NCBI GenBank assembly: GCA_002269645.1
Contig: NIVC01000151.1
Location: 186,001-250,000, forward strand
Length of the DNA stretch: 64,000 bases
Reading direction: 5' to 3'
Source of the DNA: Macrostomum lignano
Taxonomy: Eukaryota
Shown: one piece after another, positions 1 to 10,769 of the stretch
Layout: every line of letters starts with the position of its first letter
Position numbering within the stretch: position 1 is the first letter of the stretch
Notes under the pieces: model-generated
Database searches by the model: none
What the model was told of the DNA's origin: nothing
What the model saw: the letters and a program-made list of their open reading frames with translations, nothing else
Made by a program: the position numbers and the translations under genes

Positions 1-303
1 TGAGGGCGGAGGCTGAGTCGGTGAAATGGGAAGTGATGGCGGAGGCTGAGTCGGTGAAATGGGAAGTGAGGGCGGAGGCTGAGTCGGTGAGATGGGAAGT
101 GATGGCGGAGGCTGAGTCGGTGAGATGGGAAGTGAGGGCGGAGGCTGAGTCGGTGAGATGGGAAGTGAGGGCGGAGGCTGAGTCGGTAAAATGGGAAGTG
201 AGGGCGGAGGCTGAGTCGGTGAAATGGGAAGTGATGGCGGAGGCTGAGTCGGTGAAATGGGAAGTGAGGGCGGAGGCTGAGTCGGTGAGATGGGAAGTGA
301 GAT
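1..303. repeat. 33-bp minisatellite, ~9 copies, truncated by window edge
   Basis: Unit GTGAGGGCGGAGGCTGAGTCGGTGAAATGGGAA repeated head-to-tail; explains ORF 21..305 (WEVRAEAESVK repeats). Confidence 0.95.
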
Positions 304-698
304 AAGGGAGGATTGCAACTGTGGGAGAGGAGTCGCGCAGAGGCGGTGGCAGGCGGTGGAGTGCAGCGTGAACTGCAGGCCAGATGGCCGTCCGGGCTGA
401 GCAGAGGCTGATAATGGATGGCCCGCAGCGGTAGGCAGGGGAGCCGAACCCGATGCAGCTGCACGGCCTTCCCCAGCAATAAATGCTAGCTTAGCCGCCT
501 GTATTTATGCAAAGAACCCCCAGCCCCGGGTCCGGTCACAGCTGTTTGAGTTGGCAATTCTTGCTCAAGATGCGCATCGCAATTCAGGGAACTGCGTGGC
601 TGCCCTCTGTGCACGGGGCAGCTGGAGAGCAGCATACAGTGATGTGGCACGCACACAGGGTGTACAGCGACCCTGACTTTTAAATCATCAAGCATGTA

Positions 699-985
699 CA
701 CTCTCTGTGCCTCATGGGGTTGGTCACTCTCTGTGCCTCATGGGGTTGGCCACTCTCTGTGCCTCATGGGGTTGGCCACTCTCTGTGCCTCATGGGGTTG
801 GCCACTCTCTGTGCCTCATGGGGTTGGCCACTCTCTGTGCCTCATGGGGTTGGCCACTCTCTGTGCCTCATGGGGTTGGCCACTCTCTGTGCCTCATGGG
901 GTTGGCCACTCTCTGTGCCTCATGGGGTTGGCCACTCTCTGTGCCTCATGGGGTTGGCCACTCTCTGTGCCTCATGGGGTTGGCC
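699..985. repeat. 26-bp minisatellite, ~11 copies
   Basis: Near-perfect unit CACTCTCTGTGCCTCATGGGGTTGGC. Confidence 0.95.
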
Positions 986-1045
986 CTCAGGGTTGGGAAT
1001 CGAACCACGAGTCGCGGCGCGTTTACCTCTGAGCTGCTCTGCCCC
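983..1045 (-). mobile_element. tRNA-derived SINE-like relic (A and B boxes)
   Basis: Minus strand GGGGCAGAGCAGCTCAGAGGTAAAC...GGTTCGATTCCC has Pol III A-box-like and B-box motifs but no anticodon arm; it resembles the head at 47215. Confidence 0.4.
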
Positions 1046-1324
1046 ATAAACTAATCCTGCACCCAAGCTGCCAACTCATTTTCTGCGTCCGTCGGGCGTA
1101 TTGGGCAAACTGGTCGGCCAGACTTATCAAGGCACCCAGCAGTTGCTGCATATTGCTGCCTGTGCAGCTGAATAATTGCTAAACATTTCTGCTCAGCTCC
1201 CACGATAAAATTGCGGTTTGGTGGTTATCGACCACTGCTCAGGCCAAATGCCTGATATTTTAAGTGCCTCTGGCCACTAGGTATCGAATGTAGCTTTTAT
1301 TCAAATAGTCGTTTGTTCAAGCCT

Positions 1325-1790
1325 TTAGATATTCTATCTAGCCTCTAGATATTATATCTAGCCTCTAGATATTGTATCTAGCCCTAGACACTTGATCTAG
1401 CCCCTAGACACCCGATCTAGCCCTAGACACTTGATCTAGCCCCTAGACACCCGATCTAGCCCTAGACACTTGATCTAGCCCCTAGACACCCGATCTAGCC
1501 CTAGACACTTGATCTAGCCCCTAGAAACCCGATCTAGCCCTAGACACTTGATCTAGCCCCTAGACACCCGATATAGCCCCTAGACACCCGATCTAGCTCC
1601 TAGACACCCGATCTAGCCCCTAGACACTCGATCTAGCCCCTAGGCACCCGATCTAGCCCCTAGACACCCGATCTAGCCCCTAGACACCCGATCTAGCCCC
1701 TAGACACCCGATCTAGCCCCCAGAAACTCGATCTAGCCTCTAAACAACCGATTTAGCCCCTAGACAACCAATTTAGCCCCTAGATATCTT
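1325..1790. repeat. 19-20-bp minisatellite rich in CTAG
   Basis: Unit GATCTAGCCCCTAGACACCC with variants. Confidence 0.92.
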
Positions 1791-1827
1791 ATCGAGTCAA
1801 TGGGTATCCCAACGGGTGAAGAGAGAA

Positions 1828-2202
1828 CTACCTCAAAACATTTGGATGCTTGGAATACGCAGTTCCAGAAGTTCGGTAAATCTGCTGATTAAAGACTAAA
1901 TAATTTTGAGCAGCTGGCACTCTTGTGAAACTCACATCTCTACCGTCGATTTTCATTTGACCAGCCGAGATGCCACCATTGGCCATGGACACCTGGCCCA
2001 TGGACACCTGCGCCAAGTGCTGCAACTGCTGCTGGTCTGGCGGCGGCAGAAATTGCAGCGGATTTGGCAGGCCGAGCATCTGCTGCTGCTGCTGCTGCTG
2101 TTGCTGCTGCTGTTGCTGCTGCTGGTAGCAGCTGCTGAGGGGACCCGTCAGGCTGCCGTTCAGAATCGGCTGCGAAATGGTGATGAGTGGCTTTGCTGGC
2201 AT
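1828..2202 (-). CDS. Glutamine-rich ORF (Q15 tract), candidate C-terminal extension or exon of muscleblind
   Basis: 124-aa ORF with a mixed CAG/CAA polyQ, on the same strand as and downstream of the MBNL exons. An alternative Ala-rich frame is also open, so the frame is unresolved. Confidence 0.35.
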   Translation of the reverse strand: MPAKPLITISQPILNGSLTGPLSSCYQQQQQQQQQQQQQQQMLGLPNPLQFLPPPDQQQLQHLAQVSMGQVSMANGGISAGQMKIDGRDVSFTRVPAAQNYLVFNQQIYRTSGTAYSKHPNVLR

Positions 2203-2226
2203 TCAGTTTGTCCGCTTGGCTACCCG
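2203..2226 (-). CDS. MBNL: Candidate muscleblind terminal coding exon (RVAKRTN*)
   Basis: Acceptor CTGTCAG| at 2227-2228. Phase 0 matches the exon 2 donor and would give a 147-aa protein with two zinc fingers. Not proven. Confidence 0.35.
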   Translation of the reverse strand, partial: RVAKRTN

Positions 2227-2836
2227 CTGACAGACTGGGGAGAAATGTACCCGCTGACAGACTGAGGAGAAGTGTACCCGCTGACAGACTGGGGATAAGT
2301 GTACCCGCTGACAGACTGAGGAGAAATGTACCCGCTGACAGACTGAGGAGAAATGTACCCGCTGACAGACTGGGGAGAAATGTACCCGCTGACAGACTGG
2401 GGAGAAATGCACCCGCTGACAGACTGAGGAGAAGTGTACCCGCTGACAGACTGGGGAGAAATGTACCCGCTGACAGACTGGGGAGAAATGTACCCGCTGA
2501 CAGACTGGGGAGAAATGTACCCGCTGACAGACTGGGGAGAAATGTACCCGCTGACAGACTGGGGAGAAATGTACCCGCTGACAGACTGGGGAGAAATGTA
2601 CCCGCTGACAGACTGGGGAGAAATGTACCCGCTGACAGACTGAGGAGAAATGTACCCGCTGACAGACTGAGGAGAAGTGAACCCGCTGACAGACTGGGGA
2701 GAAATGTACCCGCTGACAGACTGAGGAGAAATGTACCCGCTGACAGACTGAGGAGAAATGTACCCGCTGACAGACTGAGGAGAAATGTACCCGCTGACAG
2801 ACTGGGGAGAAATGTACCCGCTGACAGACTGGGGAG
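2221..2836. repeat. 27-bp minisatellite, ~23 copies, each carrying 3' splice-site motifs on the minus strand
   Basis: Minus-strand unit CATTTCTCCCCAGTCTGTCAGCGGGTA. Confidence 0.95.
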
Positions 2837-3844
2837 AGGGCTAACCGTTGACTGACTGGGGGTGGCAACGCGGTGAATTATTCTCTATGACCCAACCCCA
2901 GGTATCCTGGGCAATGTTCCGCTAGCCCCATGATCTGCCAAATACATGGGGTTGTCCGGCCGAGTATAAAACAGCCGGCAGAAATAAGCAGCTATTTGGG
3001 ATAATTAGTGGGGATGACGCTGGAGCGGATCCCCCGCAAGCTGGGCCCACCAATTTGTCCCTTTATCTGGTGGCTCAGCTGGTGATTTCTCTTGTGACTC
3101 CTCAAACTGCAAATGCGCATTGATAATTTTGCTCCATAAATAGACAGGAAATTTCGAATTTTAAGGGAAACCTATGAGTCGCTAATTTCAGAAATGCCGT
3201 GCAGAGCGACACAGAAAGCCGCCATTGTTCCCAGGCGGGCGGTGGGACTCCGGCAAAGCAGCTGGGAAAAGCGGAGAGGCCTGGAGACCGGGAGCAGAAG
3301 AGGGGAGGCAAAATGCAGTTGCTGGGGGACGGGCGCGGCGCATCCTCATCCAGCTGAGACTGCAGCCGCACGGCAGTTCTTTGTAGTTTGAGTACAGGTG
3401 GCGGAGACACCGCTTGGGCAGAGATTTGGGAAATTAGTCCTCACTCAGCCTTTGAGTGGCGCCTTCCCACCGCTAGCCTCCCCTCGCACACACGCGGGTT
3501 TTGAAACCGGCAGGCGGTTCGGGCCTCCCCGCCTCCCCCCTGTCTCTCATTGTGCGCCGCACTTCCGAGAGACGCATCTTTGCTGCTTTCGCCTTTTCAG
3601 ATGAAAGCAGCGCAGCCCGGCTTCTTCAGCACGAGTTCTCAGCCCCCTGCCACCCACTTGCATCTGAGCTGCCTCCGCTGCGCACACAGCAAACATTGAA
3701 ATGCACTGGACTCGAGCGGTGAGGCTCCAGCTTGAGTCAACGCTAAACAAAAAAGAAAAGTCATCGGAGTCTAAGGCTGAGTTTAGGGCTGAGTTTGAGC
3801 ACCCAGCTTGCTTTGAAGCGATCTCCCTGTTTGTCACTGAGCAC

Positions 3845-4375
3845 CCAGCCTGAGCACACATCCTGGCCGTCCCTCAGCCCGAGCACCCACCCTGCCTGTC
3901 CCTCAGCCTGAGCACCCACCCTGCCTGTCCCTCAGCCCGAGCACCCACCCTGCCTCTCCCTCAGCCTGAGCACCCACCCTGTCTGTCCCTCAGCCTGAGC
4001 ACCCACCCTGCATGTCCCTCAGCCTGAGCACCCACCCTGCCTCTCCCTCAGCGTGAGAACCCACCCTGCCTCTCCCTCAGCGTGAGAACCCACCCTGCCT
4101 CTCCCTCAGCGTGAGAACCCACCCTGCCTCTCCCTCAGCATGAGAACCCACCCTGCCTCTCCCTCAGCGTGAGAACCCACCCTGCCTCTCCCTCAGCCTG
4201 AGAACCCACCCTGCCTGTCCCTCAGCCTGAGCACCCACTCTGCATGTCCCTCAGCCTGAGCACCCACTCTGCATGTCCCTCAGCCTGAGCACCCACTCTG
4301 CATGTCCCTCAGCCTGGGCACCCACCCTGCCTGTCCCTCAGCCTGAGCACCCACCCTGACTGTCCCTCAGCCTGG
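3845..4375. repeat. 29-bp minisatellite, ~18 copies
   Basis: Unit CCCTCAGCCTGAGCACCCACCCTGCCTGT. Confidence 0.93.
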
Positions 4376-4844
4376 GGACAGCCAAAACCAGATCAAAGAG
4401 AGACGGATCGCTAGGAGAAGCGCAGAAAACTGCAGCCGATATTTTTTATCTCCCGTATCTTTTCCAGCAAACGGAACGGCCACCCGCCCCCCCCCCCATA
4501 GAAGCTTCAGTGGGCGGTGGAGAATGCAATTTGCTTTCAAGAATTGAGAGATAAAGTCTCCACTGCGGGGCCGCCTCTCCCACTGCAGTATGAAATATCG
4601 AGTTATTGCAAGTGGCCCCAACGGGGGATCAGGCAGGGGATGGCGGGAGATGCTGGGAGCGATGGCGGATGGCGAAGGCCTACAGTGGCCATCAAGGCGG
4701 CCATGAAACTTTTGGCAGGGCGCGGTGGACAGAGCAGAGATGCCGCAGAAAGTCGTGGAGAGTTGTGGAAGCTGAGTTTAATTCATAGCGGAAAAAGACG
4801 AGAAAGCGGGGAAATAGAGGTGGGAAGAGGAAAGCAGGAGAGAG

Positions 4845-6124
4845 GGCAAGGAGAGAAGAGAGGAGAGGGAGAGGGCAGATGAGAGAAGAGAGGAGAGGGA
4901 GAGGGCAGATGAGAGAAGAGAGGAGAGGGAGAGGGCAGATGAGAGAAGAGAGGAGAGGGAGAGGGCAGATGAGAGAAGAGAGGAGAGGGAGAGGGCAGAT
5001 GAGAGAAGAGAGGAGAGGGAGAGGGCAGATGAGAGAAGAGAGGAGAGGGAGAGGGCAGATGAGAGAAGAGAGGAGAGGGAGAGGGCAGATGAGAGAAGAG
5101 AGGAGAGGGCAGATGAGAGAAGAGAGGAAAGGGCAGATGAGAGAAGAGAGGAGAGGGCAGATGAGAGAAGAGAGGAGAGAGAAGAGGCAGAGAAAGAGAA
5201 GAGAGGAGAGGGAGAGGGCAGATGAGAGAAGAGAGGAGAGGGAGAGGGCAGATGAGAGAAGAGAGGAGAGGGAGAGGGCAGATGAGAGAAGAGAGGAGAG
5301 GGAGAGGGCAGATGAGAGAAGAGAGGAGAGGGAGAGGGCAGATGAGAGAAGAGAGGAGAGGGAGAGGGCAGATGAGAGAAGAGAGGAGAGGGCAGATGAG
5401 AGAAGAGAGGAGAGGGCAGATGAGAGAAGAGAGGAGAGGGCAGATGAGAGAAGAGAGGAGAGGGCAGATGAGAGAAGAGAGGAAAGGGCAGATGAGAGAA
5501 GAGAGGAGAGGGCAGATAAGAGAAGAGAGGAGAGAGAAGAGGCAGAGAAAGAGAAGAGAGGAGAGGGAGAGGGCAGATGAGAGAAGAGAGGAGAGGGAGA
5601 GGGCAGATGAGAGAAGAGAGGAGAGGGAGAGGGCAGATGAGAGAAGAGAGGAGAGGGAGAGGGCAGATGAGAGAAGAGAGGAGAGGGAGAGGGCAGATGA
5701 GAGAAGAGAGGAGAGGGAGAGGGCAGATGAGAGAAGAGAGGAGAGGGCAGATGAGAGAAGAGAGGAAAGGGCAGATGAGAGAAGAGAGGAGAGGGCAGAT
5801 GAGAGAAGAGAGGAGAGAGAAGAGGCAGAGAAAGAGAAGAGAGGAGAGGGAGAGGGCAGATGAGAGAAGAGAGGAGAGGGAGAGGGCAGATGAGAGAAGA
5901 GAGGAGAGGGAGAGGGCAGATGAGAGAAGAGAGGAGAGGGAGAGGGCAGATGAGAGAAGAGAGGAGAGGGAGAGGGCAGATGAGAGAAGAGAGGAGAGGG
6001 CAGATGAGAGAAGAGAGGAGAGGGCAGATGAGAGAAGAGAGGAGAGGGAGAGGGCAGATGAGAGAAGAGAGGAGAGGGAGAGGGCAGATGAGAGAAGAGA
6101 GGAGAGGGAGAGGGCAGATGAGAG
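4845..6124. repeat. GA-rich 30/24-bp minisatellite with higher-order blocks
   Basis: Unit GAGAGAAGAGAGGAGAGGGAGAGGGCAGAT and a 24-bp variant; the landmark GAGAGAAGAGGCAGAGAAAG recurs near 5180, 5535 and 5818. Confidence 0.95.
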
Positions 6125-6876
6125 ACGCAGATCGAGCAGGGCAGCGAAAGCCGGCGGAGTCGCGGAGACGCAAAGAGAACACACGGAGGGCGAGCAGGGG
6201 TAGCCGAGCTGCAGAGAGAAATTGAGTTGTCGGTAGGGGGGGGGGAGACTGCTCAGCCGGTGCGCTATTAAGCCAAGCTCGAGTCTCCCCGGGACTGCAG
6301 GGCTGAGCAGATTGAGCAGCGAGTGACTCAGCCTGTCAGGCAGCGGGACTGAGGAGCCCCGGAGAGGAGGCGGCGGTCCAGCATAATTGCAGGGGGGGGG
6401 GCGGCCGACTCCGAGGACATTAGATGCGAGTTCAGGCCGCCGCCGAGCCCCCAGCCTGCAGCTGCTCAAAAAAGGGCGAGAAAAGCAGAAATTGCGGCGT
6501 CAAAGCCTCCTGCCCCCACCTGCCGCGCTGAGCTGGGGAGTCTGCATGGGACAAAAGAGGGAGAAGGGAACCGCGGCTGACAGAGGGCCGCCCCCCACCC
6601 CGCCACAATTGAATGGCGACTGAGGCGGCCCCACACCGACTGTCCCGACACTTGACAATGGGGATAATTTTCCCCATTCCCAGCGGGCGGGACAAGGAGG
6701 CGACTGCTGCTACGCTTGTCACTTGCTGCGCTGCGGCTCCAAGCTTTACTGCTGCCGCCAGATTCTCTTGTTTGCTTTTTTATGACTGCCCGGCCGCTGC
6801 ATGTCCTCCCGCTGGCAAATGTACCGGGATGGGCACCGGTCAAGGGACTTCGGATCCACCCCAGTCTCAGCTCAGT

Positions 6877-7243
6877 GCCCCGGCAGAGATGGGAATGTAC
6901 TGAACTCACCCCGGCAGAGATGGGAATGTACTGAACTCACCCCGGCAGAGATGGGAATGTACTGAACTCACCCCGGCAGAGATGGGAATGTACTGAACTC
7001 ACCCCGGCAGAGATTGGAATGTACTGAACTCACCCCGGCAGAGATGGGAATGTACTGAACTCACCCCGGCAGAGATGGGAATGTACTGAACTCACCCCGG
7101 CAGAGATGGGAATGTACTGAACTCACCCCGGCAGAGATTGGAATGTACTGAACTCACCCCGGCAGAGATGGGAATGTACTGAACTCACCCCGGCAGAGAT
7201 GGGAATGTACTGAACTCACCCCGGCAGATATGGGAATGTACTG
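6877..7243 (-). repeat. 31-bp array made from the exon 2/intron boundary of muscleblind (11 GTGAGT donors)
   Basis: Unit CAGTACATTCCCATCTCTGCCGGG|GTGAGTT; plus-strand TGAACTCACC at 6901, 6932 ... 7211 at 31-bp spacing. The first copy is the coding end of the exon. Confidence 0.93.
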
Positions 7244-7387
7244 TCCCACAGCGAAGCTCTGGGACAGCATCTGCATCTGCAGGTTCTTGATGATGAGGTT
7301 CTGCCGGCCATTCTGCAGCAGCTGTTCTCGCAGGTGCTGCGGCGGGTGCAGGTACTTGCATGGCGGCTCCCGGCGCTGGCACTTGCC
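7220..7387 (-). CDS. MBNL: Muscleblind-like exon 2 (second CCCH zinc finger)
   Basis: GKCQRREPPCKYLHPPQHLREQLLQNGRQNLII matches MBNL [30 protein letters not shown]; CAG acceptor at 7388-7390, GTGAGT donor at 7219, phase 0/0. Confidence 0.92.
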
Positions 7388-7436
7388 CTGGCGGGAGGCG
7401 GATGCAGGATTGAGTTGAACTCCCACAGACTGCGCT

Positions 7437-8331
7437 GAGGACCATCTACCCGACTGCATGAGGACCATCTACCCGACTGCATGAGGACCATCTACCCGAC
7501 TGCATGAGGACCATCTACCCGACTGCATGAGGACCATCTACCCGACTGTCTGAGGACCATCTACCCGACTGTCTAAGGACCATCTACCCGACTGTCTGAG
7601 GACCATCTACCCGACTGTCTGAGGACCATCTACCCGACTGTCTGAGGACCATCTACCCGACTGTCTGAGGACCATCTACCCGACTGTCTGAGGACCATCT
7701 ACCCGACTGTCTGAGGACCATCCACCCGACTGTCTGAGGACCATCCACCCGACTGTCTGAGGACCATCCACCCGACTGTCTGAGGACCATCTACCCGACT
7801 GTCTAAGGACCATCTACCCGACTGTCTGAGGACCATCTACCCGACTGTCTGAGGACCATCTACCCGACTGTCTGAGGACCATCCACCCGACTGTCTGAGG
7901 ACCATCTACCCGACTGGCTGAGGACCATCTACCCGACTGTCTGAGGACCATCTACCCGACTGTCTGAGGACCATCTACCCGACTGTCTGAGGACCATCCA
8001 CCCGACTGCATGAGGACCATCTACCCGACTGTCTGAGGACCATCCACCCGACTGTCTGAGGACCATCCACCCGACTGTCTGAGGACCATCTACCCGACTG
8101 TCTGAGGACCATCCACCCGACTGTCTGAGGACCATCCACCCGACTGTCTGAGGACCATCTACCCGACTGTCTGAGGACCATCTACCCGACTGTCTGAGGA
8201 CCATCTACCCGACTGTCTGAGGACCATCCACCCGACTGTCTGAGGACCATCCACCCGAATGTCTGAGGACCATCCACCCGACTGTCTGAGGACCATCTAC
8301 CCGACTGTCTGAGGACCATCTACCCGACTGT
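7437..8331. repeat. 23-bp minisatellite, ~39 copies, in MBNL intron 1
   Basis: Unit GAGGACCATCTACCCGACTGTCT. Confidence 0.95.
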
Positions 8332-9194
8332 CACAGACTGAAGACCGCATAGCCGACTCCTTCAGCCAGTTAACCACAAACTCACTTTGATTTCACTGGG
8401 CAGGCATAAATTGTACACATTAAAGATATTAATAAAAAATTCGGTGCAGTTGCGTGCAAAGAAGCATAAATTATCTAACAGCTGCGAGCCCAGACAATGG
8501 TCTCCAGAGGGCTTGTTTTGACTAGCCAGCCGTAGTCTTATGCAGCTTTGAAAAAAAACTATTTTAGCACTGCAGCTATCGCAGACGGGTAGAAAAGTAC
8601 CCCAGCTATTCAGAGCTCGGTGAGACCAGCAGAGACACAGAAGAGCCTCGGGCACCGCCTGCGATGTCTGCAGAGAGGCTCGCTGAGCGCGGACTGCCAT
8701 TGTTCTGCCATTGCGCTCGGGGACCTTCAATTTTTCCCTTCTGTCCCGCCGAGAGAGTTCTGGCTCGGCGGCTTTGCGCGGAGACAAGCAAAAAAGCCAG
8801 AGCAGAAGAAAAGAAGCAAAGAGATGAAGCTGCGAGCGGCTCGTAGTGAGCAGTTTCGGGGTGTGTAGCCCAGACTGCTGTGTGCGCGGTGTGTAATGTG
8901 AGTCAGCGGTGTATTTACTGACGGGGGCCGTTGGAGCCCAACATCATTGCTCGGGGCCAGTTATCCAGCCTCCTAGAGTGCGCCTGGCCTGCTGCACCTG
9001 GCTCTGGCTTGCAGTTTATTGGCGGGGGGGGGGAGGCAGCGTCTCAAGTGCGGCTCGCTCGGGGTGGGCTTTGAGCTGACTGGGGGAGACCGTCTGACTG
9101 CTGTTTGTACTCTCGGCTGAGCAGGGGAAGTCAAATGGGCCTCAGCGAATGGCTTTGTGTGGCATTGTTGTCGGGTTTTCTGGGAAGGACGCCG

Positions 9195-10050
9195 TGGATT
9201 CGGGAAGGATGGGGCGGATTCGGGGAGGATGGGGCGGATTCGGGGAGGATGGGGCGGATTCGGGGAGGATGGGGCGGATTCGGGGAGGATGGGGCGGATT
9301 CGGGGAGAATGGGGCGGATTCGGGGAGGATGGGGCGGATTCGGGGAGGATGGGGCGGATTCGAGGAGGATGGGGCGGATTTGAGGATGGGGCGGATTCGA
9401 AGAGGATGGGGCGGATTCGAGGAGGATGGGGCGGATTCGAGGAGGATGGGGCGGATTCGAGGAGGATGGGGCGGATTCGAGGAGGATGGGGCGGATTCGA
9501 GGAGGATGGGGCGGATTCGGGGAGGATGGGGCGGATTCGAGGAGGATGGGGCGGATTCGAGGAGGATGGGCGGATTCAGGGAGGATGGGGCGGATTCGGG
9601 GAGGATGGGGCGGATTCGGGAATGATGGGGCGGATTCGAGGAGGATGGGGCGGATTCGGGGAGGATGGGGCGGATTCGGGAATGATGGGGCGGATTCGAG
9701 GAGGATGGGGCGGATTCAAGAAGGATGGGGCGGATTCTGGGAAGTATGGAGCGGATTAGATAAAAAGGGTGGGATGGCTTCGGAGGATGGGGCAGATTCG
9801 AGGATGATGAGGCGGATTCGGGAAGGATGGGGCGGATTCGGGAAGGATGGGGCGGATTCGGTGAAGTATGGGGGCGGATTCGGGAAGGATGGGGCGGATT
9901 CGGTGAAGTATGGGGGCGGATTCGGGAAGGATGGGGCGGATTCGGTGAAGTATGGCGGCGGATTCGGGAAGGATGGGGCGGATTCGGTGAAGTATGGCGG
10001 CGGATTCGGGAAGGATGGAGTGAATTCGGTGAAGTATGGCGGCGGATTCG
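9195..10050. repeat. 20-bp G-rich minisatellite ending in a 42-bp dimer block, abutting the MBNL exon 1 donor
   Basis: Unit GGATGGGGCGGATTCGGGGA; from ~9840 a 42-bp dimer (translates as [14 protein letters not shown]). Confidence 0.95.
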
Positions 10051-10067
10051 AACTCTGCAGCGCTCAC

Positions 10068-10319
10068 CTTGATGGAGTCATAGCAGCAGACCACGCGGCC
10101 GTTCTGCTGCACCTCCACGTGGGCTGGCGGGTGCGCGAAGCGGCACTCGTCGTCGGTGCGGCTGCACTTGTTCCGCTGGAACTCGCGGCAGACCTCCAGC
10201 GTCAGCCAGCGGCTGTCCTTGCCCTGCGGCGGGAACGTCAGGCCCGCGTTAACGCCGCCGCCGGCTCCGGTCATGAGCGACAGGGCGGCCGCGGCTGCGG
10301 CTTCTTGCTGGCTGGTCAT
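10068..10319 (-). CDS. MBNL: Muscleblind-like exon 1 (first CCCH zinc finger), 84 codons
   Basis: MTSQQ...[51 protein letters not shown] is the diagnostic MBNL N-terminus; donor AAG|GTGAGC at 10067. Confidence 0.95.
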
Positions 10320-10485
10320 TTCTGCTTCTGCTGTCTGCTGCTTCTGCAGTTTTTTCGGGGCAGATCGGAGCTCTGGGAGAGTCGAGACGGCGCTGGGGGC
10401 TGAGAGCCGGCAGGGAGGCCTGCAGACGGGCCTTTGTAGCCCGGCTAGGAGTTTTCGCTGGGCTACTTGGTCTGGCGCGGCTCCC

Positions 10486-10509
10486 ATTGGCTGAGCGCTG
10501 CTGGCCAAT
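10486..10509 (-). promoter_or_regulatory. Paired CCAAT boxes upstream of muscleblind
   Basis: ATTGG at 10486-10490 and CCAAT at 10505-10509 in GC-rich sequence ~170-190 bp upstream of the ATG. Confidence 0.35.
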
Positions 10510-10769
10510 AGTAACAAGACTGGAGCACAGATGGCTGCTTCTGGCTTGGATCAAGTCTTGTATGCAGAGATCACAGGCACTTAATGACCAAATTTGGGAC
10601 AAAAATGGAGCGCGGCACACCTGGGTTTGCGTGGAGTTTGGAATTAAAATGCACCCTAAAGTACGCATCGTACTTTATGAACTTCACAGTGAACAGTGGC
10701 TTAGCGTGCACGGTCACGGAGATGGTGAAACACTACATCATGAAATTGGTTTGATAATCTCACTGGCTG

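Noticed and set aside
305-700. Further muscleblind coding exons
   Set aside because: GC-rich with open frames, but I could not find a conserved MBNL motif or a convincing splice-site pair.
4692-6469. ORFs of 496 and 563 aa (and the RE/ER-rich plus-strand ORFs)
   Set aside because: They are translations of the GA-rich 30/24-bp array with no domain content.
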